The notes under the pieces: model-generated
Database searches by the model: none
What the model was told of the DNA's origin: nothing
The model's input: only the letters and a program-made list of their open reading frames with translations
Translations under genes and position numbers: made by a program
Shown here: positions 1 through 8,983 of the stretch, piece by piece
Layout: each line of letters begins with the position of its first letter
How positions within the stretch are numbered: position 1 is the first letter of the stretch
Assembly: GCF_016127575.1 (NCBI RefSeq)
Contig: NZ_CP066019.1
Span: forward strand, 1,680,001-1,712,000
DNA from: Cupriavidus necator
GTDB taxonomy: Bacteria; Pseudomonadota; Gammaproteobacteria; Burkholderiales; Burkholderiaceae
Reading direction: 5' to 3'
DNA: 32,000 bases

Positions 1-1858
1 CGGCGACCTGACACCGGACCGCCGCGACAGCGCCCCCACCATGCCCAAGGCGGTGGTGGTCGACGAGAGCTTCCACTGGGGCGACGACCGCCCGCCCGCG
101 GTGCCGTGGCCGTCCACCGTCATCTATGAAGCCCACCTGCGGGGCCTGTCGATGCTGCGCGGCGATCTGCTGCCCAACCTGCGCGGCTCCTTCGCCGCGC
201 TGTGCGACCCGCGCTTTATCGACCACCTGGTGCAGCTCGGCATCACCACCGTCGAGCTGCTGCCGGTCCACGCCATCCTGCAGGACCGCTTCCTGCTGGA
301 GCGCGGACTGCGCAACTACTGGGGCTACAACACCATGGCGTACTTCGCGCCGGAGCCCGCTTACCTGGGCACCGGGCAACTGCAGGAGTTCAAGGTGGCG
401 ATGCGGCGCCTGCACGCGGCCGGCATCGAAGTGATCCTGGACGTGGTCTACAACCATACCTGCGAGGGCAACGAGCTGGGGCCAACGGTGTCGTGGCGCG
501 GGCTGGACAACGCCAGCTACTACCGGCTGGTGCCCGGCGACGAGCGCCACTACATCAACGACACCGGCTGCGGCAATACGCTCAACCTGTCGCATCCGCG
601 CGTGCTGCAGATGGTGATGGACTCGTTGCGCTACTGGGTGCACTGCTACCACGTCGATGGCTTCCGCTTCGACCTGGGCACCACCCTCGGGCGCGAGGGC
701 AACGGCTTCGATGCGGGCTCGGGCTTTTTCGATGCACTGATGCAGGATCCGGTGCTGAGCCGCGTCAAGCTGATCTCCGAGCCGTGGGACCTGGGCCCGG
801 GCGGCTACCAGCTTGGCAACCACCCGCCCGGCTTTGCCGAGTGGAACGACAAGTTCCGCGACGTGGCGCGCCGCTTCTGGCGCGGCGACGCCGGCCACCG
901 CGGCGAACTGGCGGCGCGGCTGGCGGCCTCGGCCGACCTCTTCGACCGCCGCCACCGGCGCCCGTGGGCCAGCATCAACTTCATCACCGCACACGACGGC
1001 TTCACGCTGGCCGACCTGGTCAGCTACAGCAGCAAGCACAACGAGGCCAACGGCGAAGACAACCGCGACGGCACCGACGACAACGCCAGCGCCAACTGGA
1101 GCCCCGACGGCAGCATCGAAGGCCCCACCGACGACCCCGCTATCCTGGCCTGCCGCGCGCGCGTGGCACAGGCACTGATGGCCACGCTGCTGCTGTCGCA
1201 GGGCACGCCGATGCTGACCGCCGGCGATGAATGGGGCCGCAGCCAGCAAGGCAACAACAACGCCTACTGCCAGGACGACGAGATCTCGTGGCTGGACTGG
1301 AAGCAGGCCCAGACGCCCGGCGCCCAGCCGCTGCAGCACATGGTGCGCCGCCTGCTGGACCTGCGCCGGCGGCTGCACTCCCTGGCCGGCGACCGCTTCG
1401 CGCACGGGCGCGAGGAACCGGCGCAGGGCATTGCCGATATTGCCTGGTTCGATACCGACGGCAAACCGCCCACCCCCGAGGAATGGGCCGACCCGGAGAT
1501 CCGCACGCTCGCGCTGCGCCGCGCGGCCGCGCCGCCCCAACCGGAGCGCGCGCAGCTGGGCTCGCTGGCGCAGGACGAAGAGAACGATGCCGGCGCCGTG
1601 CAGGTAACCTTGCTGCTGCTCAACGCCGGCGATGCCGAGGCCTCCTTCCTGCTGCCCGGGCCCACGCTGGCCTGGAAACTGCTGTTCGACAGCAGCCGGC
1701 CCGACGCCACCGAGGCCGAACTCGCGAGCGAGGCGGTCGCCGACAGCCAGGCGGTGGCGGGCCACTCGCTGGTGCTGCTGGCGGCCCAGGCCCGCAGCCG
1801 CCAGAGCGCGCCCCAGGAAAGCCCGCCGCTGGGCGCGCCGCAGGAGGCACAGGCATGA
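1..1858 (+). CDS. glgX: Glycogen debranching enzyme GlgX (GH13), 5'-truncated by the window edge
   Basis: The frame of ORF 41..1858 stays open back to base 2 (GDLTPDRRDSAPT precedes the listed Met). The stretch SAPTMPKAVVVDESFHWGDDRPPAVPWPSTVIYEAHLRGL matches the internal region of GlgX proteins, so the true start lies upstream of the window. GH13 motifs present: VILDVVYNHT, GFRFDL, ISEPWD, FITAHDGF. The TGA stop overlaps the malQ ATG (ATGA at 1855-1858). Confidence 0.93.
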   Translation, partial: GDLTPDRRDSAPTMPKAVVVDESFHWGDDRPPAVPWPSTVIYEAHLRGLSMLRGDLLPNLRGSFAALCDPRFIDHLVQLGITTVELLPVHAILQDRFLLERGLRNYWGYNTMAYFAPEPAYLGTGQLQEFKVAMRRLHAAGIEVILDVVYNHTCEGNELGPTVSWRGLDNASYYRLVPGDERHYINDTGCGNTLNLSHPRVLQMVMDSLRYWVHCYHVDGFRFDLGTTLGREGNGFDAGSGFFDALMQDPVLSRVKLISEPWDLGPGGYQLGNHPPGFAEWNDKFRDVARRFWRGDAGHRGELAARLAASADLFDRRHRRPWASINFITAHDGFTLADLVSYSSKHNEANGEDNRDGTDDNASANWSPDGSIEGPTDDPAILACRARVAQALMATLLLSQGTPMLTAGDEWGRSQQGNNNAYCQDDEISWLDWKQAQTPGAQPLQHMVRRLLDLRRRLHSLAGDRFAHGREEPAQGIADIAWFDTDGKPPTPEEWADPEIRTLALRRAAAPPQPERAQLGSLAQDEENDAGAVQVTLLLLNAGDAEASFLLPGPTLAWKLLFDSSRPDATEAELASEAVADSQAVAGHSLVLLAAQARSRQSAPQESPPLGAPQEAQA

Positions 1859-4104
1859 GCCGGCGCGCCACCCGCCACGACACGCCCACGGCGCTGCATG
1901 CGCTGGCACTGCGCGCGGGCCTGCTGCCCCGGTGGACGGATGCCTGGAACCAGCCCCAGACCGTGTCGGACGCCGCACTGCGGCGCGTCCTGGACGGCCT
2001 GGGCCTGCCTTGCGCCACCACTGGCCAGTGCGAAGCGTCGCGCGCATGGCTTGCCTCCGATGACGCCGCGCATGCACTGCCGCCGCTGGTCACCGCCGAG
2101 CGCGGCAAGCCGGTGGCGGTGCCGTGGCCACATACCCTGCCGCAGCGGTCCTACCGGCTGACGCTGGAAGACGGCGCCATCGTCACCGGCACCGCGGAGC
2201 GTGGCAACGATGGCAGCGCGCGCGACAGCGACGGCACCATGCTGCTGCCCGCCATCGACGTATGCGGCTACCACCGCCTGGAACTCGGCGATGCGCACAC
2301 CGTGCTGGCAATCGCTCCGCCGCGCTGCTACGGCGTTGCCGATGCGCTGCGGCACGCCGGCCGCGCGGGCGAACTGACCCGGCCCTGGGGCCTGGCAGTG
2401 CAGCTCTACGGCCTGCGCCGCGGCGCGCCCTGCGGCCTGGGCGACCTGAGCGCGCTGACCCAGTGCTGCATCAGCGCAGCCGGCGCCAGCGCCGACGCCG
2501 TCGCCATCAACCCGCTGCACGCCGGCTTTGCCGCCCTGCCCGAGCGCTATAGCCCGTATGCGCCGTCCAGCCGCCTGTTCCTGAATCCGCTCTATGCCGA
2601 CCCCGCCGTGCAATTCGGGCAGGCCGCGGTAGACTGGGCCGTCGCCGCGCTCGGCGCGGGCGAGTCGCTGCAAGCGCTGGAAGCCCGCAGCGAGATCGAC
2701 TGGGTCAAGCTGACGCCGCTGCGCTACGCCATCCTGCGGTGGCTATGGGAGCGCAGCGATGCGCTGCTGCCGCGCGCGGCGCTCGATGACTGCGCCGCCT
2801 TTCGCGCGCGCGGCGGCACCGCGCTGCACGCGCACGCATGCTACGAGGCGATCCAGGCCCGGCGCCTGGCCGACAGCGCCAACGGCATGAACCACAACCC
2901 CGCGCCTGACTGGCGCTGCTGGCCGGTCACGCTGCGCGCGCCCGGCGATGCCGCCGTGGCGGCCTTTGCACAGGCCCATGCCAATGAGGTCGCCTACCAC
3001 GCTTTCCTGCAATGGATTACGGCCGACGGCATGGCACGCGCGCAGCGTGCGGCGCGCGGCGCGGGCATGGCGGTCGGCATCGTCTCCGACCTGGCGGTGG
3101 GGGCCGACCCTGGCGGCAGTCAGGCCTGGACGCGGCAACAGGAAATCCTGGCGGGCTTCCATGCCGGCGCACCGCCGGACCTGTACAACCCGCTCGGGCA
3201 GGACTGGGGCGTGGCGGTGTTCTCGCCGCGCGGGCTGCGCCGCCGCGGCTACGCGGCCTTCCTGGAGATGCTGCGCGCCAACCTGGCCCATGCCGGCGGG
3301 CTGCGCATCGACCATGTGCTGGGCCTGGCACGCATGTGGCTGGTGCCTGCCGGTGCCCCGGCCAGTGAAGGCGCCTACCTGCGCTATCCGCTGCAGGACA
3401 TGTTGCGGCTGGTGGCGCTGGAATCATGGCGGCACCGCGCCATCATCATCGGCGAAAACCTGGGCACGGTGCCGCCGGAGCTGAATGCGGCGCTGTCGGC
3501 CCGTGGCGTGCTGGGCATCGATGTGCTGTGGTTCCAGCGCGAAGAGAGCGCGCCAGTGGATGCGGCCGAGGCAGCTCAGCGGGTGCCCGCCCCGGCGCCC
3601 GACACCGTGCCGGCCTTCCTGCCTCCCGCAGCCTGGCCGCCCGATGCCATCGCCACCACCTCGACCCACGACCTCCCCACAGTCACCGGCTGGTGGGCCG
3701 GCCGCGACCTTGCGTGGCGCGACCGGCTGCACCTGCTGGCGCCGGGCGAAACCCTCGCGGCGATGCAGGCCGGCCGTGCGCGCGAGCGCGGCGCGCTCTG
3801 GCAGGCGCTGTGCGCAGCGGGGCTGTGCAGCGGCGCCGTGCCGGACCCCGCCGATGCCCCGCTCGATGCCGTGCTGGCGTGGCTGGGCACCGCGCGCACC
3901 GCCATGCGCCTGGTGCCACTGGAAGACCTGCTGGGCGAGGCCGAGCAACCCAACCTGCCCGGCACCACCAGCGTCCACCCCAACTGGCAGCGCCGGCTCG
4001 ACGCCGATGTACGTGCGCTGTTCGATACCCCGATGGTGCGGGCGCGCGCCAACGCCCTGCGCGGCGGCCGCCACGGCGCACGCCATCCGCCGCCACGCGC
4101 GTAG
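1855..4104 (+). CDS. malQ: 4-alpha-glucanotransferase (amylomaltase, GH77)
   Basis: In-frame ATG at 1855 inside listed ORF 1231..4104, forming an ATGA overlap with the glgX stop. N-terminus is MSRRATRHDTPTALHALALRAGLLPRWTDAWNQ. GH77-type motifs present: RIDHVLGL, IIGENLGTVP, TSTHDLPT. The part of the listed ORF upstream of 1855 overlaps glgX out of frame and is Arg/Ala/Gly/Pro-rich filler. Confidence 0.9.
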   Translation: MSRRATRHDTPTALHALALRAGLLPRWTDAWNQPQTVSDAALRRVLDGLGLPCATTGQCEASRAWLASDDAAHALPPLVTAERGKPVAVPWPHTLPQRSYRLTLEDGAIVTGTAERGNDGSARDSDGTMLLPAIDVCGYHRLELGDAHTVLAIAPPRCYGVADALRHAGRAGELTRPWGLAVQLYGLRRGAPCGLGDLSALTQCCISAAGASADAVAINPLHAGFAALPERYSPYAPSSRLFLNPLYADPAVQFGQAAVDWAVAALGAGESLQALEARSEIDWVKLTPLRYAILRWLWERSDALLPRAALDDCAAFRARGGTALHAHACYEAIQARRLADSANGMNHNPAPDWRCWPVTLRAPGDAAVAAFAQAHANEVAYHAFLQWITADGMARAQRAARGAGMAVGIVSDLAVGADPGGSQAWTRQQEILAGFHAGAPPDLYNPLGQDWGVAVFSPRGLRRRGYAAFLEMLRANLAHAGGLRIDHVLGLARMWLVPAGAPASEGAYLRYPLQDMLRLVALESWRHRAIIIGENLGTVPPELNAALSARGVLGIDVLWFQREESAPVDAAEAAQRVPAPAPDTVPAFLPPAAWPPDAIATTSTHDLPTVTGWWAGRDLAWRDRLHLLAPGETLAAMQAGRARERGALWQALCAAGLCSGAVPDPADAPLDAVLAWLGTARTAMRLVPLEDLLGEAEQPNLPGTTSVHPNWQRRLDADVRALFDTPMVRARANALRGGRHGARHPPPRA

Positions 4105-4214
4105 CCACGGCTCGCCCGCAAAAAGTGCCGCTTGCAAGACCAGCTCCGCGATCTCCCTGCAGGGATTGCTCCATCCACTAAGCTTGACCCACGTACATGC
4201 GCAGGAGCCTCGCC

Positions 4215-6758
4215 ATGAAGGAATCTGTCCGGCCCGAGCATGCCGATGACACCCGTACCGCCCTGTCCGGCGCCAGCCTGCGCCGGGCCTTCCTCGACCA
4301 CGTCTTCCATACCCAGGGCAAGCTGCCCGGCCACGCCAGCCAGAACGATCTCTACCAGGCAGCGGCGCATACCGTGCGCGACCGCCTGGTGCAGCGCTGG
4401 ATCAGCACCGCCGAGGCCTACCTGGGCCAGCCCTCGCGCACCGTCGCCTACCTGTCGGCGGAATTCCTGATGGGCCCGCACCTGGGCAACAACCTGATCA
4501 ACCTGGGCATCTTCGACGAGGTGCGCGAGGCCATGGCCGCTGCCGGGCTGGATCTAGACCGCATCCTGGAGCAAGAGGTCGAGCCGGGGCTGGGAAATGG
4601 CGGCCTGGGCCGGCTCGCGGCCTGCTTCATGGATTCGCTGGCGACGCTGGAAATCCCCGCGCTCGGCTATGGCATCCGCTACGAGTACGGCATCTTCCAG
4701 CAGACCATCATCGACGGCATGCAGGTGGAATCCACCGATACCTGGCTGCGCAACGGCAACCCCTGGGAGATCCAGCGCTCAGAGTGGGCCGTGCAGGTGC
4801 GCCTGGGCGGGCACACCGAGCACTACACCGACGACCGCGGCCACTACCGCGTACGCTGGGTGCCGGCCAAGACCGTGGTGGGTGTGCCGTTTGACTCGCC
4901 GATCCTGGGCTACCGCGTCAATACCGTGAACACCCTGCGGCTGTGGCGCGCGGACGCCACCGAGGCGTTCGACTTCCATACCTTCAACCGCGGCGACTAC
5001 CTGGGCGCGGTCAGCAAGAAGGTCACTTCCGAGAACCTGACCAAGGTCCTCTACCCCAACGACGAGACCAGCCAGGGCAAGGAGCTGCGGCTGGAGCAGC
5101 AATACTTCTTCGTCGCCTGTTCGCTGCAAGACATGCTGCGGCTGCTCGCCGTCGACGGCATCCCGGTGACGCGCTTCCACGAGAAGTTCGCGGTGCAGCT
5201 GAACGACACCCACCCGGCCGTGGGCATTGCCGAGCTGATGCGGCTGCTGGTCGACGACCATGACCTGCCCTGGAACGAGGCCTGGCACATCACGCAGAAT
5301 GCCTTTGCCTACACCAACCACACGCTGCTGCCCGAGGCGCTGGAGCAGTGGCCGCTGCCGCTGTTTGCCCGGGTGCTGCCGCGCCATCTCGAGATCATCC
5401 TGGAAATCAACGCGCGCTTGCTGGACGAGGTGCGGATCCGCTTCTACGGCGACGAATCGCGCCTGGCACGGCTGTCGCTGATCAGTGAGTACGGCGAAAA
5501 GCAGGTGCGCATGGCCAACCTGGCGTGTGTGGGCAGCCACGCCATCAACGGTGTGGCCGAGCTGCACTCACGGCTGATGCGCGAGGACGTGCTCAAGGAT
5601 TTCTACGAGATGTGGCCGGAGAAGTTCACCAGCATCACCAATGGCGTGACGCCGCGGCGCTGGCTGGCGCTGTCCAACCCGCGCCTGACGCGGCTGGTGT
5701 CGGAGGCGATCGGCGACGGCTGGATCTCCGACCTGGCGCAGCTCCGCGCGCTCGAGCCGTATGCCGAGGACGCGGGCTTTCGCGAACAATGGCAGGCCGC
5801 GCGGCACCAGAACAAGGTGGCGCTGGCCGAGCTGGTCCGCGAAACCACCGGCGTAGTGGTGGACCCGTCCTCCATGTTCGATGTGATGGTCAAGCGCATC
5901 CACGAATACAAGCGCCAGCACCTGGCGGTGCTGCATGTGATCGCGCTGTACCACCGCATCAAGTCCGACCCCGGCACCGAGATCCAGCCGCGCACCTTCC
6001 TGTTCGGCGGCAAGGCGGCGCCGGGCTACGCCTATGCCAAGCTGATGATCCGCTTCATCACCTCGGTGGCCGACGTGGTCAACCGCGACCCGCAGGTGCG
6101 CGACCGGCTCAAGGTTGTGTTCCTGCCCAACTTCAATGTCACCTACGGGCAGCGCATCTACCCGGCGGCCGACCTGGCCGAGCAGATCTCGCTGGCGGGC
6201 AAGGAAGCGTCCGGCACCGGCAACATGAAGTTCGCGATGAATGGCGCGCTCAATATCGGCACCATGGACGGCGCCAATATCGAGCTGCGCGAAGCCGTGG
6301 GCAACGACAACTTCTTCCCGTTCGGACTGACCGCGCCGGAGGTCTATGGGCTGCGTGCAAGCGGCTACGACCCTGCCGCCTACTACCACAGCAACCCGCA
6401 GCTGCGCGCAGTGATCGACCTGGTCCAGCAGGGCTTCTTCTCGCGCGGGGACCCGGGGCTGTTCCGTCCTCTGTTTGACCCGCAGCAGAGGCACGACCCC
6501 TACCTGCTGATGGCCGACTTCGCCTCCTACATCGAGTGCCAGGAGAAAGTCTCCCAGGCCTTTGCCGAACCGGCGCGCTGGCAACGCATGTCGGTGCTGT
6601 CGTGCGCGCGCTCCGGGCGCTTTTCATCGGACCGGGCGATCCGCGAGTATTGCGAGCGCATCTGGCACATCGAGCCGGTGCCGGTGCGGCTGCTGCACCG
6701 CGCCAGCGGTGCGCCCTGGCAGGTTGAATCTCCGGCGCACGCCCCGCGCGCCGCCTAA
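4215..6758 (+). CDS. glgP: Glycogen/maltodextrin phosphorylase (GT35)
   Basis: 847 aa counted from the ATG at 4215. AGGAG at 4203-4207 sits 7 nt upstream; the alternative ATG at 4197 would contain this SD inside the coding sequence. Carries the PLP-lysine signature EASGTGNMKFAMNGAL and full-length phosphorylase-like sequence (LGNGGLGRLAACFMDS, TNHTLLPEALE). Confidence 0.95.
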   Translation: MKESVRPEHADDTRTALSGASLRRAFLDHVFHTQGKLPGHASQNDLYQAAAHTVRDRLVQRWISTAEAYLGQPSRTVAYLSAEFLMGPHLGNNLINLGIFDEVREAMAAAGLDLDRILEQEVEPGLGNGGLGRLAACFMDSLATLEIPALGYGIRYEYGIFQQTIIDGMQVESTDTWLRNGNPWEIQRSEWAVQVRLGGHTEHYTDDRGHYRVRWVPAKTVVGVPFDSPILGYRVNTVNTLRLWRADATEAFDFHTFNRGDYLGAVSKKVTSENLTKVLYPNDETSQGKELRLEQQYFFVACSLQDMLRLLAVDGIPVTRFHEKFAVQLNDTHPAVGIAELMRLLVDDHDLPWNEAWHITQNAFAYTNHTLLPEALEQWPLPLFARVLPRHLEIILEINARLLDEVRIRFYGDESRLARLSLISEYGEKQVRMANLACVGSHAINGVAELHSRLMREDVLKDFYEMWPEKFTSITNGVTPRRWLALSNPRLTRLVSEAIGDGWISDLAQLRALEPYAEDAGFREQWQAARHQNKVALAELVRETTGVVVDPSSMFDVMVKRIHEYKRQHLAVLHVIALYHRIKSDPGTEIQPRTFLFGGKAAPGYAYAKLMIRFITSVADVVNRDPQVRDRLKVVFLPNFNVTYGQRIYPAADLAEQISLAGKEASGTGNMKFAMNGALNIGTMDGANIELREAVGNDNFFPFGLTAPEVYGLRASGYDPAAYYHSNPQLRAVIDLVQQGFFSRGDPGLFRPLFDPQQRHDPYLLMADFASYIECQEKVSQAFAEPARWQRMSVLSCARSGRFSSDRAIREYCERIWHIEPVPVRLLHRASGAPWQVESPAHAPRAA

Positions 6759-6976
6759 GGCGGCACTGCGGGCGTGGGCTAGCGCACGTCCGCATCGCGC
6801 AGGTAGTTTCTACAATGGCCCATGTAACAAAGCCCGCGCTGGCGCTTGCCCCCGCCAGCCCGCGGCCTCGCCAAGCGTTGTCCTGCGGGCATGGAGTTCG
6901 CATTGTGCCAAGACCGGCCATCCGGCCGGCTCTCCCTTGGCATTCCCCACGGCCGTCCCAAAGCCAGGAGCCGAAT

Positions 6977-8983
6977 TTGCACGCCAACCCGTTTCTGCTC
7001 GCCCCCGGCGCCCGCTCCGCCATGCCCAGCCTGGCCCCGCACGACTGCTTTGCAGCGCCCACTGCCGCCGGGCCGCTGGGCCTGCCCGGCAACGACGACA
7101 ATGCGCACGACTACCTGTTCGGGCCGGCTTGGTTGCCGGACGGCCGCGTGCGGTTCCGCCTGTGGGCCCCGGACGCAGCCGAGCAAGGCCAGGCGGTACG
7201 GCTGGAGATCGCCGGGCTCGGTCCGGTGCGCATGGCGGCCGGCGCCAACGGCTGGTTCGAGGCCATCGTTCCGTGCTGCAATGGGGCACGCTACTGGTTC
7301 CGGCTTGACGACGGCACCACCGTGCCCGACCCGGCCTCGCGCTGCCAGGCCGACGATGTGCACGGGCCCAGCATCGTGCCCGCGCCCGACGCCGCCGGCG
7401 CCTTTGCGTGGGCGTGTTCGGACTGGCGCGGGCGCCCCTGGCATGAAGCCATCGTCTATGAGTTGCACGTGGGCCTGTGCGGCGGCTTTGCCGGCGCGGC
7501 GCAGCAGCTGCCGCGGCTGGCGGCGCTGGGCTTCACCGCGGTCGAGCTGATGCCGGTGGCGGAGTTCCCCGGCACGCGCAACTGGGGCTATGACGGCGTG
7601 CTGCCGTTCGCGCCGGAGTCCGCCTACGGCACCCCGGACGAACTGCGCGCGCTGGTGGACCGCGCCCACCAGCTCGGCATGATGGTGCTGCTGGACGTGG
7701 TCTACAACCACTTCGGGCCGGAGGGCAACTACCTGCACCGCTACGCCAGCGCGTTCTTCCGCGCGGACCGGCAGACCCCGTGGGGGCCAGCCATCGATTT
7801 CCGCCGGCCGCAGGTGCGGCGCTTTTTCACCGAGAACGCGCGCTACTGGCTGGAGCAGTTCCGCTTCGACGGCCTGCGCCTGGACGCCGTGCACGCGATC
7901 GAGGACGAAGGCTGGCTGGCGGCGCTGCCCGGCGAGCTGCGCACCATGCTGGCCGAAGGCGACGGCGCCAGCCGCCATCTCCACCTGGTGCTGGAAAACG
8001 ACAACAACGATGCCGAACTGCTGGCCAAGGGCTACGACGCACAGTGGAACGATGACGCCCACCATGCCCTGCACGTGCTGCTGACCGGCGAGGGCGACGG
8101 CTATTACTGCGACTACACCCGCTGCGCCGATGAGGGCGAGGATGCGCCCGCGGGGCGCGGCGAGCCCGCGCTGCGGCATCTTGCGCGCGTGCTGGGCGAA
8201 GGCTTTGCCTACCAGGGCGAGCTGTCGGCGCACCGCTCTGCCGCCGCGCCGGACGTGTCGTCAAGCGCGGACAGCGTGCGCCGCGGACAGCCCAGCGCGC
8301 ACCTGCCGCCCACGGCCTTCGTCTGCTTCCTGCAGAACCACGACCAGACCGGCAACCGCGCACTGGGCGACCGGCTGGCCGGCCTGGCGGACCGCAATGC
8401 GCTGCGCGCGGCGGTGGCGCTGCAGTTGCTGTGCCCGCAGGTGCCGCTGGTGTTCATGGGCGAGGAAACCGGCACGCAGCGGCCCTTCCTCTACTTCACC
8501 AGCCACCCGCCCGAACTGGCGCAGGCCGTGCGCGACGGCCGGCGCCGCGAGTTTGCGGCTTCCACGGCATTCCGCGACGATGCGCGCGCCGCGGCCATCC
8601 CCGATCCCAACGACCCGGCCACCTTCGAGGCGTCGCGCCCCGAGCTGGAAGACGACGGCGACTGGACCCCGTACTACCACGAGCTGCTCGCGGTGCGCCG
8701 CCGTGAACTGCTGGACCGGCTGGCCGGCTGCCAGTCGGCCGGCGTCGATATCCTGGGGCCGGCCGCGCTGTGCGCACGCTGGCGGCTGATGGACGGCATG
8801 GAGCTGAGCCTGTGGCTGAACCTGGGCAGCGAAGCCGTGCCATGCATGCGGCCATGCCACGACATGAGCGCGGCGCTGCATGAAAGCCTGCCCGGCGCCG
8901 CGGCCGAGCTGTCCGCGGGCATGCTGCCGCCGCTGGCCTGCGTCGCCACCATGTGCGAGCCCGCAGCGGCGCGCGCCAGATAA
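6977..8983 (+). CDS. treZ: Malto-oligosyltrehalose trehalohydrolase TreZ (GH13)
   Basis: GH13/TreZ motifs present: VLLDVVYNHFGPEGNY, FDGLRLDAVHAI, HLVLENDNN, FLQNHDQTGNR, and N-terminal FGPAWLPDGRVRFRLWAP. The start is uncertain. TTG at 6977 is preferred because AGGAG (6966-6970) lies 6 nt upstream and codons 6815-6976 carry many A/T-ending codons atypical of this genome. Alternatives are ATG 7022 or the ORF-maximal ATG 6815. Confidence 0.9.
   Translation: MHANPFLLAPGARSAMPSLAPHDCFAAPTAAGPLGLPGNDDNAHDYLFGPAWLPDGRVRFRLWAPDAAEQGQAVRLEIAGLGPVRMAAGANGWFEAIVPCCNGARYWFRLDDGTTVPDPASRCQADDVHGPSIVPAPDAAGAFAWACSDWRGRPWHEAIVYELHVGLCGGFAGAAQQLPRLAALGFTAVELMPVAEFPGTRNWGYDGVLPFAPESAYGTPDELRALVDRAHQLGMMVLLDVVYNHFGPEGNYLHRYASAFFRADRQTPWGPAIDFRRPQVRRFFTENARYWLEQFRFDGLRLDAVHAIEDEGWLAALPGELRTMLAEGDGASRHLHLVLENDNNDAELLAKGYDAQWNDDAHHALHVLLTGEGDGYYCDYTRCADEGEDAPAGRGEPALRHLARVLGEGFAYQGELSAHRSAAAPDVSSSADSVRRGQPSAHLPPTAFVCFLQNHDQTGNRALGDRLAGLADRNALRAAVALQLLCPQVPLVFMGEETGTQRPFLYFTSHPPELAQAVRDGRRREFAASTAFRDDARAAAIPDPNDPATFEASRPELEDDGDWTPYYHELLAVRRRELLDRLAGCQSAGVDILGPAALCARWRLMDGMELSLWLNLGSEAVPCMRPCHDMSAALHESLPGAAAELSAGMLPPLACVATMCEPAAARAR

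Noticed and set aside
41-43. The listed ATG at 41 as the glgX start.
   Set aside because: The frame is open to the first full codon of the window, and the sequence aligns to an internal region of GlgX proteins. The gene is truncated by the window edge.
6815-6976. ORF-maximal N-terminal extension of treZ. Similar extensions: 12613-12762 for the BON gene, 14643-14771 for the EEP gene, 25948-26043 for the Lrp gene, 12345-12536 for the 211-aa gene.
   Set aside because: The extensions carry A/T-ending codons or Arg-rich filler atypical of the downstream coding sequence. They lack SDs, while internal starts have SDs and match the family N-termini.
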